Source: a virus
IMG/VR virus record: IMGVR_UViG_2936984999_000007
Length of the DNA: 64,000 nt
Direction: 5' to 3' (one strand)
The stretch's first letter is position 1; each line of letters begins with the position of its first letter. This document shows, one piece after another, positions 18,772 through 28,239 of this stretch. A program made the position numbers and the translations under genes. The notes beneath the pieces were generated by a model. It saw only the letters and a list, made by a program, of their open reading frames with translations, did not search any database and was not told where the DNA came from.

Positions 18772-19358
18772 TGGGCTGGATCGGCCAGAAAGGAGGGCCA
18801 AAGGTGGAAGAAGAAAAGAACGTGGCGACTGCAGAACGGAACTGTTCCGAGCAGACCGATTATCTGGAGCAGGCAAGAAAACTGGCCGATTCCTATCGGC
18901 TCCTGATCCACAGACGGGATCTGCTCCGCCAGCAGTACGAGGATTCCAAGTCATGGTTTTACACCAAGGAGGAAATTGTCTATAAGCTGTCGCAGGGCGC
19001 ACACGAGGAATCCGAGCATGTGCAGACCAGCGGATTGTCGAATCCGGTGGAGCGTACCGTCCTCAACTGCGATAAGGTACTGGCGTCTATGAACCGTGAG
19101 GTACAGACTCAGCGCACGGAGCAGTTTCTGGAGCCATACTATGAAGTCTGTGAGCAGATCGAACTATTTGAGGTCGGGCTTCGCAGTCTCCGGGGCCAGA
19201 CCCGGCTTGTGGCAGAGCAGCTGTTTGTGGAGGGAAAGAAACAGACGGAGATCACAGGGGCGGATGGAAATAACTTGACCCGGCGAACGGTAGTCCGGGA
19301 AAAGAAAAATGCCCTTGTTGGAATAGCCGACACAATTTGCCGGTATCAGAAAAGGTGA
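18771..19358 (+). CDS. putative transcriptional regulator with a sigma-70 r4-like C-terminus (ArpU/RinA-like?)
   Basis: LRSLRGQTRLVAEQLFVEGKKQTEI resembles a region-4 HTH. Weak. Confidence 0.3.
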   Translation: MGWIGQKGGPKVEEEKNVATAERNCSEQTDYLEQARKLADSYRLLIHRRDLLRQQYEDSKSWFYTKEEIVYKLSQGAHEESEHVQTSGLSNPVERTVLNCDKVLASMNREVQTQRTEQFLEPYYEVCEQIELFEVGLRSLRGQTRLVAEQLFVEGKKQTEITGADGNNLTRRTVVREKKNALVGIADTICRYQKR

Positions 19359-19366
19359 GGTGGAAT

Positions 19367-19834
19367 ATGGAGCGAGAAGCAACAGAGGAAATGCTCCGGT
19401 ACACAGCAGAAGTCTGCGGAAAGTATCGGGAAATCAAAATGCTGGCTGAAGAAGCGGAAGCTGCATGGAAACAGAGCCTTGCACTGATGGCGGAATCAAA
19501 GTATCCAAGCGAAAAAGAAATGTACGAACGTGAGGCAGCAGAGGAACTGGAAAAATATGAATCCGCCCGAAGCTGGATGAAACTGGTGAATGCCACAGTG
19601 TCCAAAGTGAAGGAAGAAAAGGCAAGGCTGGTTTTGAAACAGAATTGTCTGGAAGGCGCAACGATGAAAGCGGTTCTGGTGGACAAAAAGGCAGAAATTT
19701 ATATGAGCCGGTCTACAGCAACCCGGTACAAAAAGAAAGGTCTTGCTGAACTTTCTTGCCGTTTGGTTCCGCTTCAAAGTCGCTTGGAAGAACTGGAGAA
19801 AAATATTTATAAAAATGAGCCAGTTTGGAGCTAA
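19367..19834 (+). CDS. hypothetical protein
   Basis: RBS GGTGAGGTGG. Confidence 0.35.
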   Translation: MEREATEEMLRYTAEVCGKYREIKMLAEEAEAAWKQSLALMAESKYPSEKEMYEREAAEELEKYESARSWMKLVNATVSKVKEEKARLVLKQNCLEGATMKAVLVDKKAEIYMSRSTATRYKKKGLAELSCRLVPLQSRLEELEKNIYKNEPVWS

Positions 19835-19980
19835 GTGAGCCACTTTGAGCCAAATTCTCTCTTAACCGTACATTGGCTTTTTGCTATACTTTAAACTAGG
19901 AAAATAGGAGAAACGAAGGCATGGAAAGTCCGGGAGCAGAAGATGCTGTCCGGTATTTTTTATGCCTTTTTACATTTTGT

Positions 19981-20015
19981 GCCGCCTAAAAGTGTGAACT
20001 TGGGCGGCCTTTTTG
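19981..20015 (+). terminator. hairpin GCCGCC-N16-GGCGGC + CTTTTT
   Basis: Precedes the mazF-like gene; isolates it transcriptionally from the upstream genes. Confidence 0.45.
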
Positions 20016-20040
20016 CTATCAACATGGAGGTGATATCCTG

Positions 20041-20610
20041 ATGGGACGAAAGAAAAGTAATGCCAGGCCGATAGAGCGCGGCCGCAAGATCCATGTCAAT
20101 AAATACATCAACCAGCGTGGAAAAACAAAGCCGCACCGCAGATCAGAGGCATCCTGTAAACTGACATCGAAAGAACCTCAGTTTTACGAGTTGCCAGCAG
20201 ATCAGTGGCCGGCAACAAAGATACCGAAGCAGTATGAAATCTGGTTTGCAGAATTGGGAAACCATTATGGCACTTCGGTCCAGAGCGGAAACCGTCCGGT
20301 GCTGGTCATCAGCAACGATATGGCAAACCGCAATTCCCCAATCATCACGGTGATCCCGATGAGTTCTAAGCTGAAGAAGCTGGAGCTGCCGGTACACATT
20401 CCGGTCACCGGGAAAGACTGTGAAATGCTCCGGGATGAGTGTCTGGAAGAATCCATTCTGCTGGTGGAGCAGATCACGACCATTGACAAGATGGTTCTGT
20501 GCAACCGGCTCTGCCGTGTGACCTCGGCCAGGAAAAAGCAGGAGATCGAAGCTGCTGTTAAAAAGCAGTTTGCGATGCAGGCTTGTACGGGAAGGGAGGC
20601 GCAGGCATGA
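20041..20610 (+). CDS. MazF/EndoA (PemK-family) endoribonuclease toxin homologue with a ~60 aa basic N-terminal extension
   Basis: Residues ~63-170 align motif-for-motif with B. subtilis EndoA: EIWFAELG ... GNRPVLVISND ... NRNSP ... KLELPVHIPV ... LLVEQITTIDK. RBS GGAGGTGAT. No mazE-like gene adjacent. Confidence 0.75.
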   Translation: MGRKKSNARPIERGRKIHVNKYINQRGKTKPHRRSEASCKLTSKEPQFYELPADQWPATKIPKQYEIWFAELGNHYGTSVQSGNRPVLVISNDMANRNSPIITVIPMSSKLKKLELPVHIPVTGKDCEMLRDECLEESILLVEQITTIDKMVLCNRLCRVTSARKKQEIEAAVKKQFAMQACTGREAQA

Positions 20611-23036
20611 TGGACATCAAGAACATTCCGGGCAAGCTGAAAACGACCTGCAGCTTCTGTGTCTGGAAGTTTGAAAAGCGCAATGGACAGAAAACGAAGA
20701 TGCCGTACAACCCGGCAACGGGAGAACGGGCAAAGATCAATGACCTGCGTACATTTTCGGATTTCAAGAATACCCTCGTCACCTATGCGATGGGTGGTTA
20801 TGACGGAATCGGCATCGCAGTCGGAAACGGCATCGGTGCTTTTGATATCGACCACTGTATCCGGGAGGATGGTACGCTGAACGATACAGCGGATACTGTC
20901 CTTTCCATCTTTCCTACGGCTTACGTGGAAAAATCTCCATCCGGGAAAGGACTGCGAGGTTTCTTCTGTGTGCCGGAAGACTACGTCTACGACAAGACAG
21001 TCTACTACATCAATAACCGCAACAAGGGTCTGGAAGTGTATATGCCCGGTGCGACGAACCGCTTCGTCACCGTAACGGGAGATGTTTACCGCACAGGTGA
21101 GATCCCAAACGATGAAACGGCAATGACAACACTGCTGGACACGCTGATGAAGCGAAACAAGCAGGTGCAGCAGACCCATTTCCAGCACCATTCGTACTTG
21201 GATGATGATGCTGTTATCGCACACGCCAACGAAGCCAGCAACTCGGAAAAGTTTAAAAAACTCTTTGCCGGTGACTGGGAAGACCTCTACGGCAGCCAGT
21301 CGGATGCGGATATGGCATTGCTGTCGATCCTGGCATTCTGGTGTGGCTGCGATGAGGAGCAGATGGATCGCATCTTCCGTACATCGGGCTTGATGCGTGA
21401 TAAGTGGGATCGCAAGCAGGCTGGTTCGACCTATGGTGCGATCTCTATCCGTAACACGGTCAATACCTGTTCGGCTGTCTATATGCCGGTCAATGCGCAG
21501 GACATTGTGGATGAGGAATTTTCCAAGCTGGATGAGGATGATTATATCGAGTTTCAGCCGGATCTCACCAAGATCACGGTCACGCTGGAAGAAATGGCTC
21601 CGCACACAAATGCCCGGTATGGAAGAAATGAGATCGGCATGGGCAATATGTTTGCGGATTATTTCAAGCAGATTGCCCGGTACAACAGTGAGCGTAAAGG
21701 CTGGTATGTCTATGACGGCTCTGTCTGGCGGCCGGACAAAGGCAATCTCAAGGTGTCGGAACTGGCAAAGCTGCTGGCTGACAAGCTGTATGTGTTTGCC
21801 CTGACGATCATCGAAGAAGATGCCAGGAAGCGGTTCATCGACCGTGTCCGAAAGCTGCAACTGCGTAAGAACCGGGAAACGATGCTGAAAGATGCCATGT
21901 CCGTGTATCCGATCTCCATGCAGGCGTTCGACAGGAACAAGTATTTCTTCAACTGCAAAAATGGAACGCTGGATATGCGGACACTGGAATTCAGGGAGCA
22001 TCGGCCGGAGGATTATCTCACAATGGAATCCGGTATTACCTATGACCCAGATGCAGACTGCACACGCTGGCACTCGTTTATCAAGGAAGTCATGTGTGGG
22101 GATGCAGATCTGGCAGACTTCCTTCAGCGTTCTTTGGGATACGCCCTGACAGGAGACACCTCGCAGGAGTGTATGTTTATCCTTTACGGTGCCACTTCCC
22201 GAAATGGAAAAGGTACTGCAATGGAAACATTCCTGAAGATCATGGGCGACTATGGAAAGACATCAAATCCGGATATGCTGGCAGCTAAATTCCGTGGTGG
22301 GAACACAGGCGGACCTTCGGAAGAAGTGGCTCGTCTGGTCGGTTCCAGATTTGTAAATATCTCTGAGCCAGAGAAGAAGATCACATTCAATGCGGCTCTC
22401 GTAAAAAGAATGACCGGCAACGATACCATCAACGCCCGATTCCTAAATGAGAACAGCTTTGATTTTATACCAGTGTTCAAGATTTTTATCAATACGAACT
22501 ACCTGCCCAATGTCAATGATATGACCTTGTTCCAATCCGGCCGACTGAAAATCATACCGTTCAACCGTCACTTTGAAGAGGGAGAACAGGACCAGGGGCT
22601 GAAGGGGCAGTTTGCGAAGCCGGAGAACCTGTCAGGTATTTTCAACTGGTGCTTGGAAGGGTACAAGAAGTATTGTAAGCAGGGGCTTGAAGTTCCAGAT
22701 GCAGTTAAGAGAGCCACAGAGGATTATAAGGATGACTCTGACCGAATTGGGCAGTTCATCGAGGCGTGGATTGAAAAAGACGAGACTTCGGAACTCAGGA
22801 CATCTGCTGCGTACCAGTTGTACGCCAAGTGGTGCGAGGAAAACGGATACTCGTCCGAAAACCAGAAAAACTTCAAAAATGCCATCGGTGTGCATTTCAA
22901 AATAACGAGAAAACGTCCAAAAGACGGCGGTGGTCAAACAACGATGATTCTTGGTTGTCGATTCCGTGATGTTCAAGAAGGAGCAGAAGATTCAACCGTT
23001 CAGGATGCTTATAAACCAAAGGATGTGCTCCTTTGA
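20607..23036 (+). CDS. primase-polymerase / VirE-family primase with D5-like P-loop NTPase domain
   Basis: N-terminal prim-pol domain plus C-terminal P-loop (ILYGATSRNGKGTAMETFLK). Overlaps the mazF stop by 4 nt. Confidence 0.8.
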   Translation: MMDIKNIPGKLKTTCSFCVWKFEKRNGQKTKMPYNPATGERAKINDLRTFSDFKNTLVTYAMGGYDGIGIAVGNGIGAFDIDHCIREDGTLNDTADTVLSIFPTAYVEKSPSGKGLRGFFCVPEDYVYDKTVYYINNRNKGLEVYMPGATNRFVTVTGDVYRTGEIPNDETAMTTLLDTLMKRNKQVQQTHFQHHSYLDDDAVIAHANEASNSEKFKKLFAGDWEDLYGSQSDADMALLSILAFWCGCDEEQMDRIFRTSGLMRDKWDRKQAGSTYGAISIRNTVNTCSAVYMPVNAQDIVDEEFSKLDEDDYIEFQPDLTKITVTLEEMAPHTNARYGRNEIGMGNMFADYFKQIARYNSERKGWYVYDGSVWRPDKGNLKVSELAKLLADKLYVFALTIIEEDARKRFIDRVRKLQLRKNRETMLKDAMSVYPISMQAFDRNKYFFNCKNGTLDMRTLEFREHRPEDYLTMESGITYDPDADCTRWHSFIKEVMCGDADLADFLQRSLGYALTGDTSQECMFILYGATSRNGKGTAMETFLKIMGDYGKTSNPDMLAAKFRGGNTGGPSEEVARLVGSRFVNISEPEKKITFNAALVKRMTGNDTINARFLNENSFDFIPVFKIFINTNYLPNVNDMTLFQSGRLKIIPFNRHFEEGEQDQGLKGQFAKPENLSGIFNWCLEGYKKYCKQGLEVPDAVKRATEDYKDDSDRIGQFIEAWIEKDETSELRTSAAYQLYAKWCEENGYSSENQKNFKNAIGVHFKITRKRPKDGGGQTTMILGCRFRDVQEGAEDSTVQDAYKPKDVLL

Positions 23037-23045
23037 AGTGAAAAA

Positions 23046-23151
23046 CTGTAGCAGGTAGCAATTTGTAGCCTGATTTTCATATCCCTTTTTATTATTACTT
23101 TCTTTTATAGACTTCTATATGAAAAAGTATCTACAACCTGCTACTTGCTAC
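23046..23151. repeat. iteron-like element: 3 direct plus 3 inverted GTAGCA hexamers flanking a 57 bp AT-rich core (candidate origin or terminator)
   Basis: tGTAGCAgGTAGCAatttGTAGCc ... AT-rich ... cTACAAccTGCTACtTGCTACaaaaaaaa. Immediately 3' of the primase gene. Confidence 0.45.
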
Positions 23152-23338
23152 AAAAAAAACAAATAAGAGAATCCGAGGTCTGCTTTTTATCTTGGCGGCC
23201 CAATTTTTGAGAAATCCATTTTGTGAGATATAAATTTTGAGTTTCACCTGAAACAGAGCAGGCAACCTTTGTGGGAGCCTATTTGTGGGCATGGGCAAAG
23301 GCGGCCTGCTTTGTGATACAAGAAAGAGAGGACAGAAC

Positions 23339-24406
23339 ATGAGTAAGATTATCACCTGTGAACAGGTCAGCAACGGCCATCCTGATAAGATCTGTGACCA
23401 GATCGCAGATGCCATTGTGACCGACATTCTTCAGCATGACAAGCACGCCCGCGTGGCGATTGAGTGTCTGCTGAAAAAGAGCCAGCTCTTTATTGCTGGC
23501 GAAGTCACTACCGATTACCGCCCAAACTACAACCAGATCGTACACGATGTGTTCAATCGTATCGGTGCCGAAAAGCTGGGCTGGAACCTGACCGAGCTTC
23601 TTCGCATCGGCATTCTGGTGGACAAGCAGTCCCCGGACATTGCACTGGGTGTGGATAAGGGCGGTGCCGGTGACCAGGGAATCATGTATGGCTATGCCAC
23701 CAACGAGACGGCAGAGCAGATGCCGATTCCCTACATGGTCGCCACCAAGTTCCTGCAGCTTCTCAAGGCACATCCGTCTAAGATGTTCCGTGCAGATGCC
23801 AAGGCGCAGGTCAGCTACGATTACGACACCGGACGCATCACCACATTCCTCTGCTCTGTGCAGCACAGCCCAGATGTGGAGGTCAGCGACTTCCGGCACA
23901 TCATCGAATCCATGATGGTGCTTGCCGCCTGCGAGTATGGTCTGGACGGTGACTTCACGAAGCTGGTCAATCCGACCGGCCGTTTCGTTCTGGGCGGCAG
24001 CTACGCCGACTGTGGTGTGACTGGTCGGAAGCTGGCGTGCGATACCTACGGCGGCATTGGTCGCATGGGTGGCGGTGCTCTGAGCGGTAAAGACCCCACC
24101 AAGGTGGATCGCTCCGCAGCATACATGGCGAGGAAGATTGCCAAGGACATCGTGCAGGCGGGCTACGCTGACAAGTGCGAAGTCCAGCTGGCCTACGCCA
24201 TCGGTGTGGTACAGCCGGTAGGTGTGGCTGTGGAGTGCTTCGGTACTGAGCACCAGTCCCTTGACTTCATCGAAGCCTATGTCCATGACAGCTATGACCT
24301 GACCCCACAGGGTATCATCAAGCGGCTGGGACTGCTGGATGTAGATTACAACAAAGTCAGTGCTTACGGTCATTTCGGTAAGGCTGGTCTTCCGTGGGAG
24401 GACTGA
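23339..24406 (+). CDS. metK: S-adenosylmethionine synthetase (MetK)
   Basis: GHPDKICDQIADAIVTDIL and GAGDQGIMYGYATNET. Full-length alignment to MetK; RBS AGAGAGGA. Confidence 0.85.
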   Translation: MSKIITCEQVSNGHPDKICDQIADAIVTDILQHDKHARVAIECLLKKSQLFIAGEVTTDYRPNYNQIVHDVFNRIGAEKLGWNLTELLRIGILVDKQSPDIALGVDKGGAGDQGIMYGYATNETAEQMPIPYMVATKFLQLLKAHPSKMFRADAKAQVSYDYDTGRITTFLCSVQHSPDVEVSDFRHIIESMMVLAACEYGLDGDFTKLVNPTGRFVLGGSYADCGVTGRKLACDTYGGIGRMGGGALSGKDPTKVDRSAAYMARKIAKDIVQAGYADKCEVQLAYAIGVVQPVGVAVECFGTEHQSLDFIEAYVHDSYDLTPQGIIKRLGLLDVDYNKVSAYGHFGKAGLPWED

Positions 24407-24409
24407 CCT

Positions 24410-24769
24410 ATGCCGTACAGACCAAAGACACCGTGCCATCACCCCGGCTGCCCGGAGCTGGTGGAAGCCGGCCAGCTCTACTGTGAGAAGCACCTGCCTC
24501 TCCATCCAGAGGTGACCCGCCCGGCAGCGAAGCGTGGATACAACAGGCGGTGGCAGAAAGCCAGAAAGTCGTATCTGGAAGCTCATCCACTCTGTGTGCA
24601 GTGTGCCAAGCAGGGCAAGTACGTCCGGGCAACGGTTGTGGACCATATCATTCCACACCGTGGTGACCAGAAACTTTTCTGGGACCAGAATAACTGGCAG
24701 TCGCTCTGCAAAAGCTGCCACGATAAAAAGACGCTGACCGAAGACATCAACCCGCCCTACTCCTACTGA
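24410..24769 (+). CDS. HNH endonuclease
   Basis: VDHIIPHRGDQKLFWDQNNWQSLCKSCHDKKT with CxxC pairs. Confidence 0.8.
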   Translation: MPYRPKTPCHHPGCPELVEAGQLYCEKHLPLHPEVTRPAAKRGYNRRWQKARKSYLEAHPLCVQCAKQGKYVRATVVDHIIPHRGDQKLFWDQNNWQSLCKSCHDKKTLTEDINPPYSY

Positions 24770-25170
24770 CACCCCCACCGGGGGCCGGGGTCACTTCTCT
24801 ACGGTGAAGTCACACGGAGACCGGTGCGCCCTTTTCCGTGAAAAACCGCAAAATTCATAGGCCGGGGGTCAGAGGAATAACGGCGCAAAATGAAACAGGA
24901 AAATGTACAGGCATCGGAGCTTCGGTTTCGGTGCCATTCTTTTTCCCCGAAATGAACCAAAGTGTGTGAAACCTCTCGTAAACAGGGAGCTTTCGCACAT
25001 TTTAGCTTGTTCCGGGAGGAGCAGGGGCGAGCGAGAATCGGCCGCCGCAACAACAATCCAACCTGGCGGGGCGGTGCCGATTTCCACTTCGCCGCTTTTC
25101 GTATGAATTATGAGATTTTTCTAAGAAACCGCCGAAGAAACGGCGAAAAATGAGAGTGAGGTGAGGGCAG

Positions 25171-25479
25171 ATGGAAGACTACACGGCTGAGATGATCAAG
25201 GACATGGCGTTTTCGTTCTGTCCTCAGTGCGGCACGGCAATCATACCAAACCACAAAGGCAGACCACGGAAGTTCTGCTCTCCGGAATGCCGGTCACGGT
25301 GGAACAACACCCATCCGAAGCCGGAGAACTGGAAGACCGTGCGGTCGAAGATCTGCCCGGTGTGCGGCAGGGAGTTTTCCTATCGGCATCAGTACGGGTT
25401 GGAACGGAAATATTGCAGCCGGGCTTGTGCCAACCGGGGCAGAGGAAAGGAGGCAAAAGATGCAGCCGTTGAGTATTGA
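25171..25479 (+). CDS. tandem TRASH/zf-FCS zinc-ribbon protein
   Basis: Two CxxCG ... GRPRKFCSxEC / ERKYCSRAC motifs. Confidence 0.5.
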   Translation: MEDYTAEMIKDMAFSFCPQCGTAIIPNHKGRPRKFCSPECRSRWNNTHPKPENWKTVRSKICPVCGREFSYRHQYGLERKYCSRACANRGRGKEAKDAAVEY

Positions 25480-25963
25480 ACGGGATGTCAGAAGAAATGG
25501 CATCCGTATGGATTGTGTTTTTGAAGGAACGGCGTTTGATACTGCCAGGGAGCAGGTGAGGACGCTGCGGCTTTCTGGAACGAAACTTTCTCAGATCGCA
25601 GAGCAGACGGGAATGCCTGTGGAACAGGTGATGGATTACTGCCGGGAACTGGGATTGCCGGAAATAGGAAGCTGCCATCTGGTGCCGCCGGGCCGAGTGA
25701 AAGAACGCAGATGTCCAGTCTGTGGAAGAATCATCGGGCAGAGTGGAAGAGGTGCGCCGAGAAAATATTGTTCGGATGAGTGCTATGCCGAATATGAACG
25801 AAGGAATTATAAACGGGAAAAGGCTGGCAGGGTAGCATTCTGTCAGAACTGTGGCCGTCCGTTTACGGCAATCTGCGAAAGCAGGAGTCAGCGGATGTTC
25901 TGCAGCAGAAATTGTTATTTTGAATTTCGATATGGAATGAAGGAGGCGAAGGAGCATGAGTGA
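25460..25963 (+). CDS. HTH plus tandem TRASH/zf-FCS zinc-ribbon protein (paralogue of the upstream gene)
   Basis: LSQIAEQTGMPVEQV HTH-like segment, then CPVCG ... APRKYCSDEC and CQNCG ... RMFCSRNC. Confidence 0.5.
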   Translation: MQPLSIERDVRRNGIRMDCVFEGTAFDTAREQVRTLRLSGTKLSQIAEQTGMPVEQVMDYCRELGLPEIGSCHLVPPGRVKERRCPVCGRIIGQSGRGAPRKYCSDECYAEYERRNYKREKAGRVAFCQNCGRPFTAICESRSQRMFCSRNCYFEFRYGMKEAKEHE

Positions 25964-26183
25964 AAAGGTGATCGGTGTGTACCCATTGTTCAACACCGGG
26001 GGTATTTGTGTACATGCAATCGACTATGCGGAAGATAAGGTCCTGGCATCTGTGAACGGGGAAAACCCGGAATGGTGCGAGATGGCAGAGAAACCGCAGC
26101 CAGAAGAAGATGGCAGTGAAATGGAGTCGGGCTTTTTGTTCGGCTCCTTTTTCGTGCCGTTCTCCGGGGTCATACGCATGTGA
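25956..26183 (+). CDS. small hypothetical protein
   Basis: ORF in the operon gap; weak support. Confidence 0.25.
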   Translation: MSEKVIGVYPLFNTGGICVHAIDYAEDKVLASVNGENPEWCEMAEKPQPEEDGSEMESGFLFGSFFVPFSGVIRM

Positions 26184-26204
26184 ATCTAAAACGGGAGGGC
26201 TTAC

Positions 26205-27473
26205 ATGAAAGCGACTGCTGAACTAAAGATGCTGCCGGTGTCCGTACTCAAGCCGGCTGCATACAATCCCCGGAAAAAGTTGAAGCCGGGGGATAAAGAG
26301 TACGAGAAAATCAAGAACTCCATCACGGAGTTCGGCTTCGCAGATCCTTTGGTGGTCAATGCAGACATGACGATCATCGGCGGCCATCAGAGACTGACTG
26401 TTGCAATGGAACTGGGATACACAGAAGTGCCTTGTGCGGTGGTGGACATCGACAAGACCAGAGAAAAAGCTCTGAACATCGCACTCAACAAGATTACGGG
26501 TGCATGGGATGATTCTCTGCTGGCGGATCTTTTGAAGGACATCGAGGATTCCGATTTCGATCTCGGAAAGACGGGTTTTGACCCGCCTGAGATTGAGACT
26601 CTGTTCAACAAGGTCCACAGCAAAGAGGTCAAGGAAGATGACTTCGATGTGGAATCCGAGTTGAAGCAGCCATGCTTCTCCAAAGAGGGTGACCTCTGGC
26701 ATCTGGGAAAGCATATCGTTCTGTGCGGTGATTCTACCAAAGCAGAATGCTACAACACCCTGATGGACGGAACCAAGGCAAATCTGGTCCTTTCCGATCC
26801 CCCTTATAACGTGGATGTGGAAGAGACTGCCGGTAAGATCATGAATGACAACATGGGCGATTCGGAATTCTACCAGTTCCTTCTGGCAGCGTTCCAGCAG
26901 ATGCACGACCATCTTGCAGACGACGGTTCCATCTACATCTTCCATGCAGATACGGAAGGGCTGAACTTTAGAAAGGCATTCAAGGATGCCGGGTTCTACC
27001 TGTCCGGGTGCTGTATCTGGAAGAAGAATGCGCTGGTGCTGGGCCGTAGTCCTTACCAGTGGCAGCACGAACCGTGTCTCTACGGCTGGAAGCAGAAGGG
27101 GAAGCACCAGTGGTATTCCGACCGGAAGCAGACGACCATATGGGAGTATGACCGGCCGAAGTCTAACAAGGATCATCCGACCATGAAGCCCATCGGCCTG
27201 ATGAGCTATCCAATCCGCAATTCCACTATGACCAACGGCATCGTCCTCGATCCGTTCCTCGGCAGCGGCTCGACCCTGATCGCCTGTGAGGAGACCGACC
27301 GTGTGTGCCGGGGCATCGAGCTGGACCCGAAGTTCGTGGATGTGATCGTGAAGCGGTACATCGAACACAGCGAAGGTCATTACGATGATGTGTATGTCAT
27401 CCGGGATGGGCAGAAGCTGAAGTTCGAGGAGGTGGCGACCTTCGAGCCGGAAAGCGAGGATGCCGATGCCTGA
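26205..27473 (+). CDS. ParB-like nuclease domain fused to an N6-adenine/N4-cytosine DNA methyltransferase (beta class)
   Basis: ParB N-domain (GGHQRLTVAMELG). Motif IV SDPPYN precedes motif I DPFLGSGST. Confidence 0.8.
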   Translation: MKATAELKMLPVSVLKPAAYNPRKKLKPGDKEYEKIKNSITEFGFADPLVVNADMTIIGGHQRLTVAMELGYTEVPCAVVDIDKTREKALNIALNKITGAWDDSLLADLLKDIEDSDFDLGKTGFDPPEIETLFNKVHSKEVKEDDFDVESELKQPCFSKEGDLWHLGKHIVLCGDSTKAECYNTLMDGTKANLVLSDPPYNVDVEETAGKIMNDNMGDSEFYQFLLAAFQQMHDHLADDGSIYIFHADTEGLNFRKAFKDAGFYLSGCCIWKKNALVLGRSPYQWQHEPCLYGWKQKGKHQWYSDRKQTTIWEYDRPKSNKDHPTMKPIGLMSYPIRNSTMTNGIVLDPFLGSGSTLIACEETDRVCRGIELDPKFVDVIVKRYIEHSEGHYDDVYVIRDGQKLKFEEVATFEPESEDADA

Positions 27474-28239
27474 TGTGAAATGTGTTCTCATTCACGACAA
27501 CTTCCAGAACTTCAAGTCTTATAACATCCCCAAGGCACAGCTGGTGATCGCAGATATTCCGTACAACATCGGTACAGATTTCTACGCCAGCCGGCCGGAC
27601 TGGTATGTGGATGGCGATAACAAAAACGGGGAGAGCAGCAAGGCGAGGAAGGCGGCGTTCAATACCGACTTCACCTTCAACATTGCAGAGTATTTCCACT
27701 TCTGCAACCGCCTGCTGAAGAAAGAACCCGGCACGGGCGAGAAGGATGCGCCGTGCATGATCGTGTTCTGTGCGTTCCAGCAGATCCCGAAGGTGATCAC
27801 CGAAGCAGAGAAATACGGCTTCAAGAATTATATCCCTCTGGTGTTCTGCAAGAACTACAGTCCGCAGGTGCTCAAAGCCAACATGAAGATTGTGGGTGCA
27901 ACAGAGTATGCGCTGGTGCTGTATCGGGGAAAGCTCCCGAAGTTCCGTAATCTCGGTGAGGACGGAAAGCCCCACATGATCTTCAACTGGTTTGACTGGA
28001 AGAGGGATGGCAAGGAATATCCGAAGATCCATCCTTCCCAGAAACCGATCTCTGTGCTGAAACGACTGATCGAGACCTTTACAGATGAGGGCGATGTGGT
28101 CATTGACCCCTGCGCCGGCAGCGGTTCCACGCTGAGAGCAGCAAGAGAACTGGGGCGCAACAGCTACGGATTTGAAGTGTCCAGAGATTTTTACCGGAAA
28201 GCAAATGAGCAGATGCTCGGAGAGGAGGCTTCCGCATGA
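27460..28239 (+). CDS. DNA methyltransferase (amino-MTase, beta class)
   Basis: ADIPYN ... DPCAGSGST. Confidence 0.75.
   Translation: MPMPDVKCVLIHDNFQNFKSYNIPKAQLVIADIPYNIGTDFYASRPDWYVDGDNKNGESSKARKAAFNTDFTFNIAEYFHFCNRLLKKEPGTGEKDAPCMIVFCAFQQIPKVITEAEKYGFKNYIPLVFCKNYSPQVLKANMKIVGATEYALVLYRGKLPKFRNLGEDGKPHMIFNWFDWKRDGKEYPKIHPSQKPISVLKRLIETFTDEGDVVIDPCAGSGSTLRAARELGRNSYGFEVSRDFYRKANEQMLGEEASA

Noticed and set aside
20265-22073. 602 aa minus-strand ORF
   Set aside because: Entirely antisense to the well-supported primase/VirE gene. No RBS and no homology. Typical open antisense frame in GC-biased coding DNA.
23279-24778. 499 aa minus-strand ORF
   Set aside because: Antisense to metK and the HNH gene, both of which have strong family signatures on the plus strand.
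24770-25170. tRNA gene or attachment site in the GC-rich gap
   Set aside because: No cloverleaf, no T-loop GTTCRANYC-like box, and no flanking direct repeats could be identified.
26223-27491. 422 aa minus-strand ORF
   Set aside because: Antisense mirror of the ParB-MTase gene.
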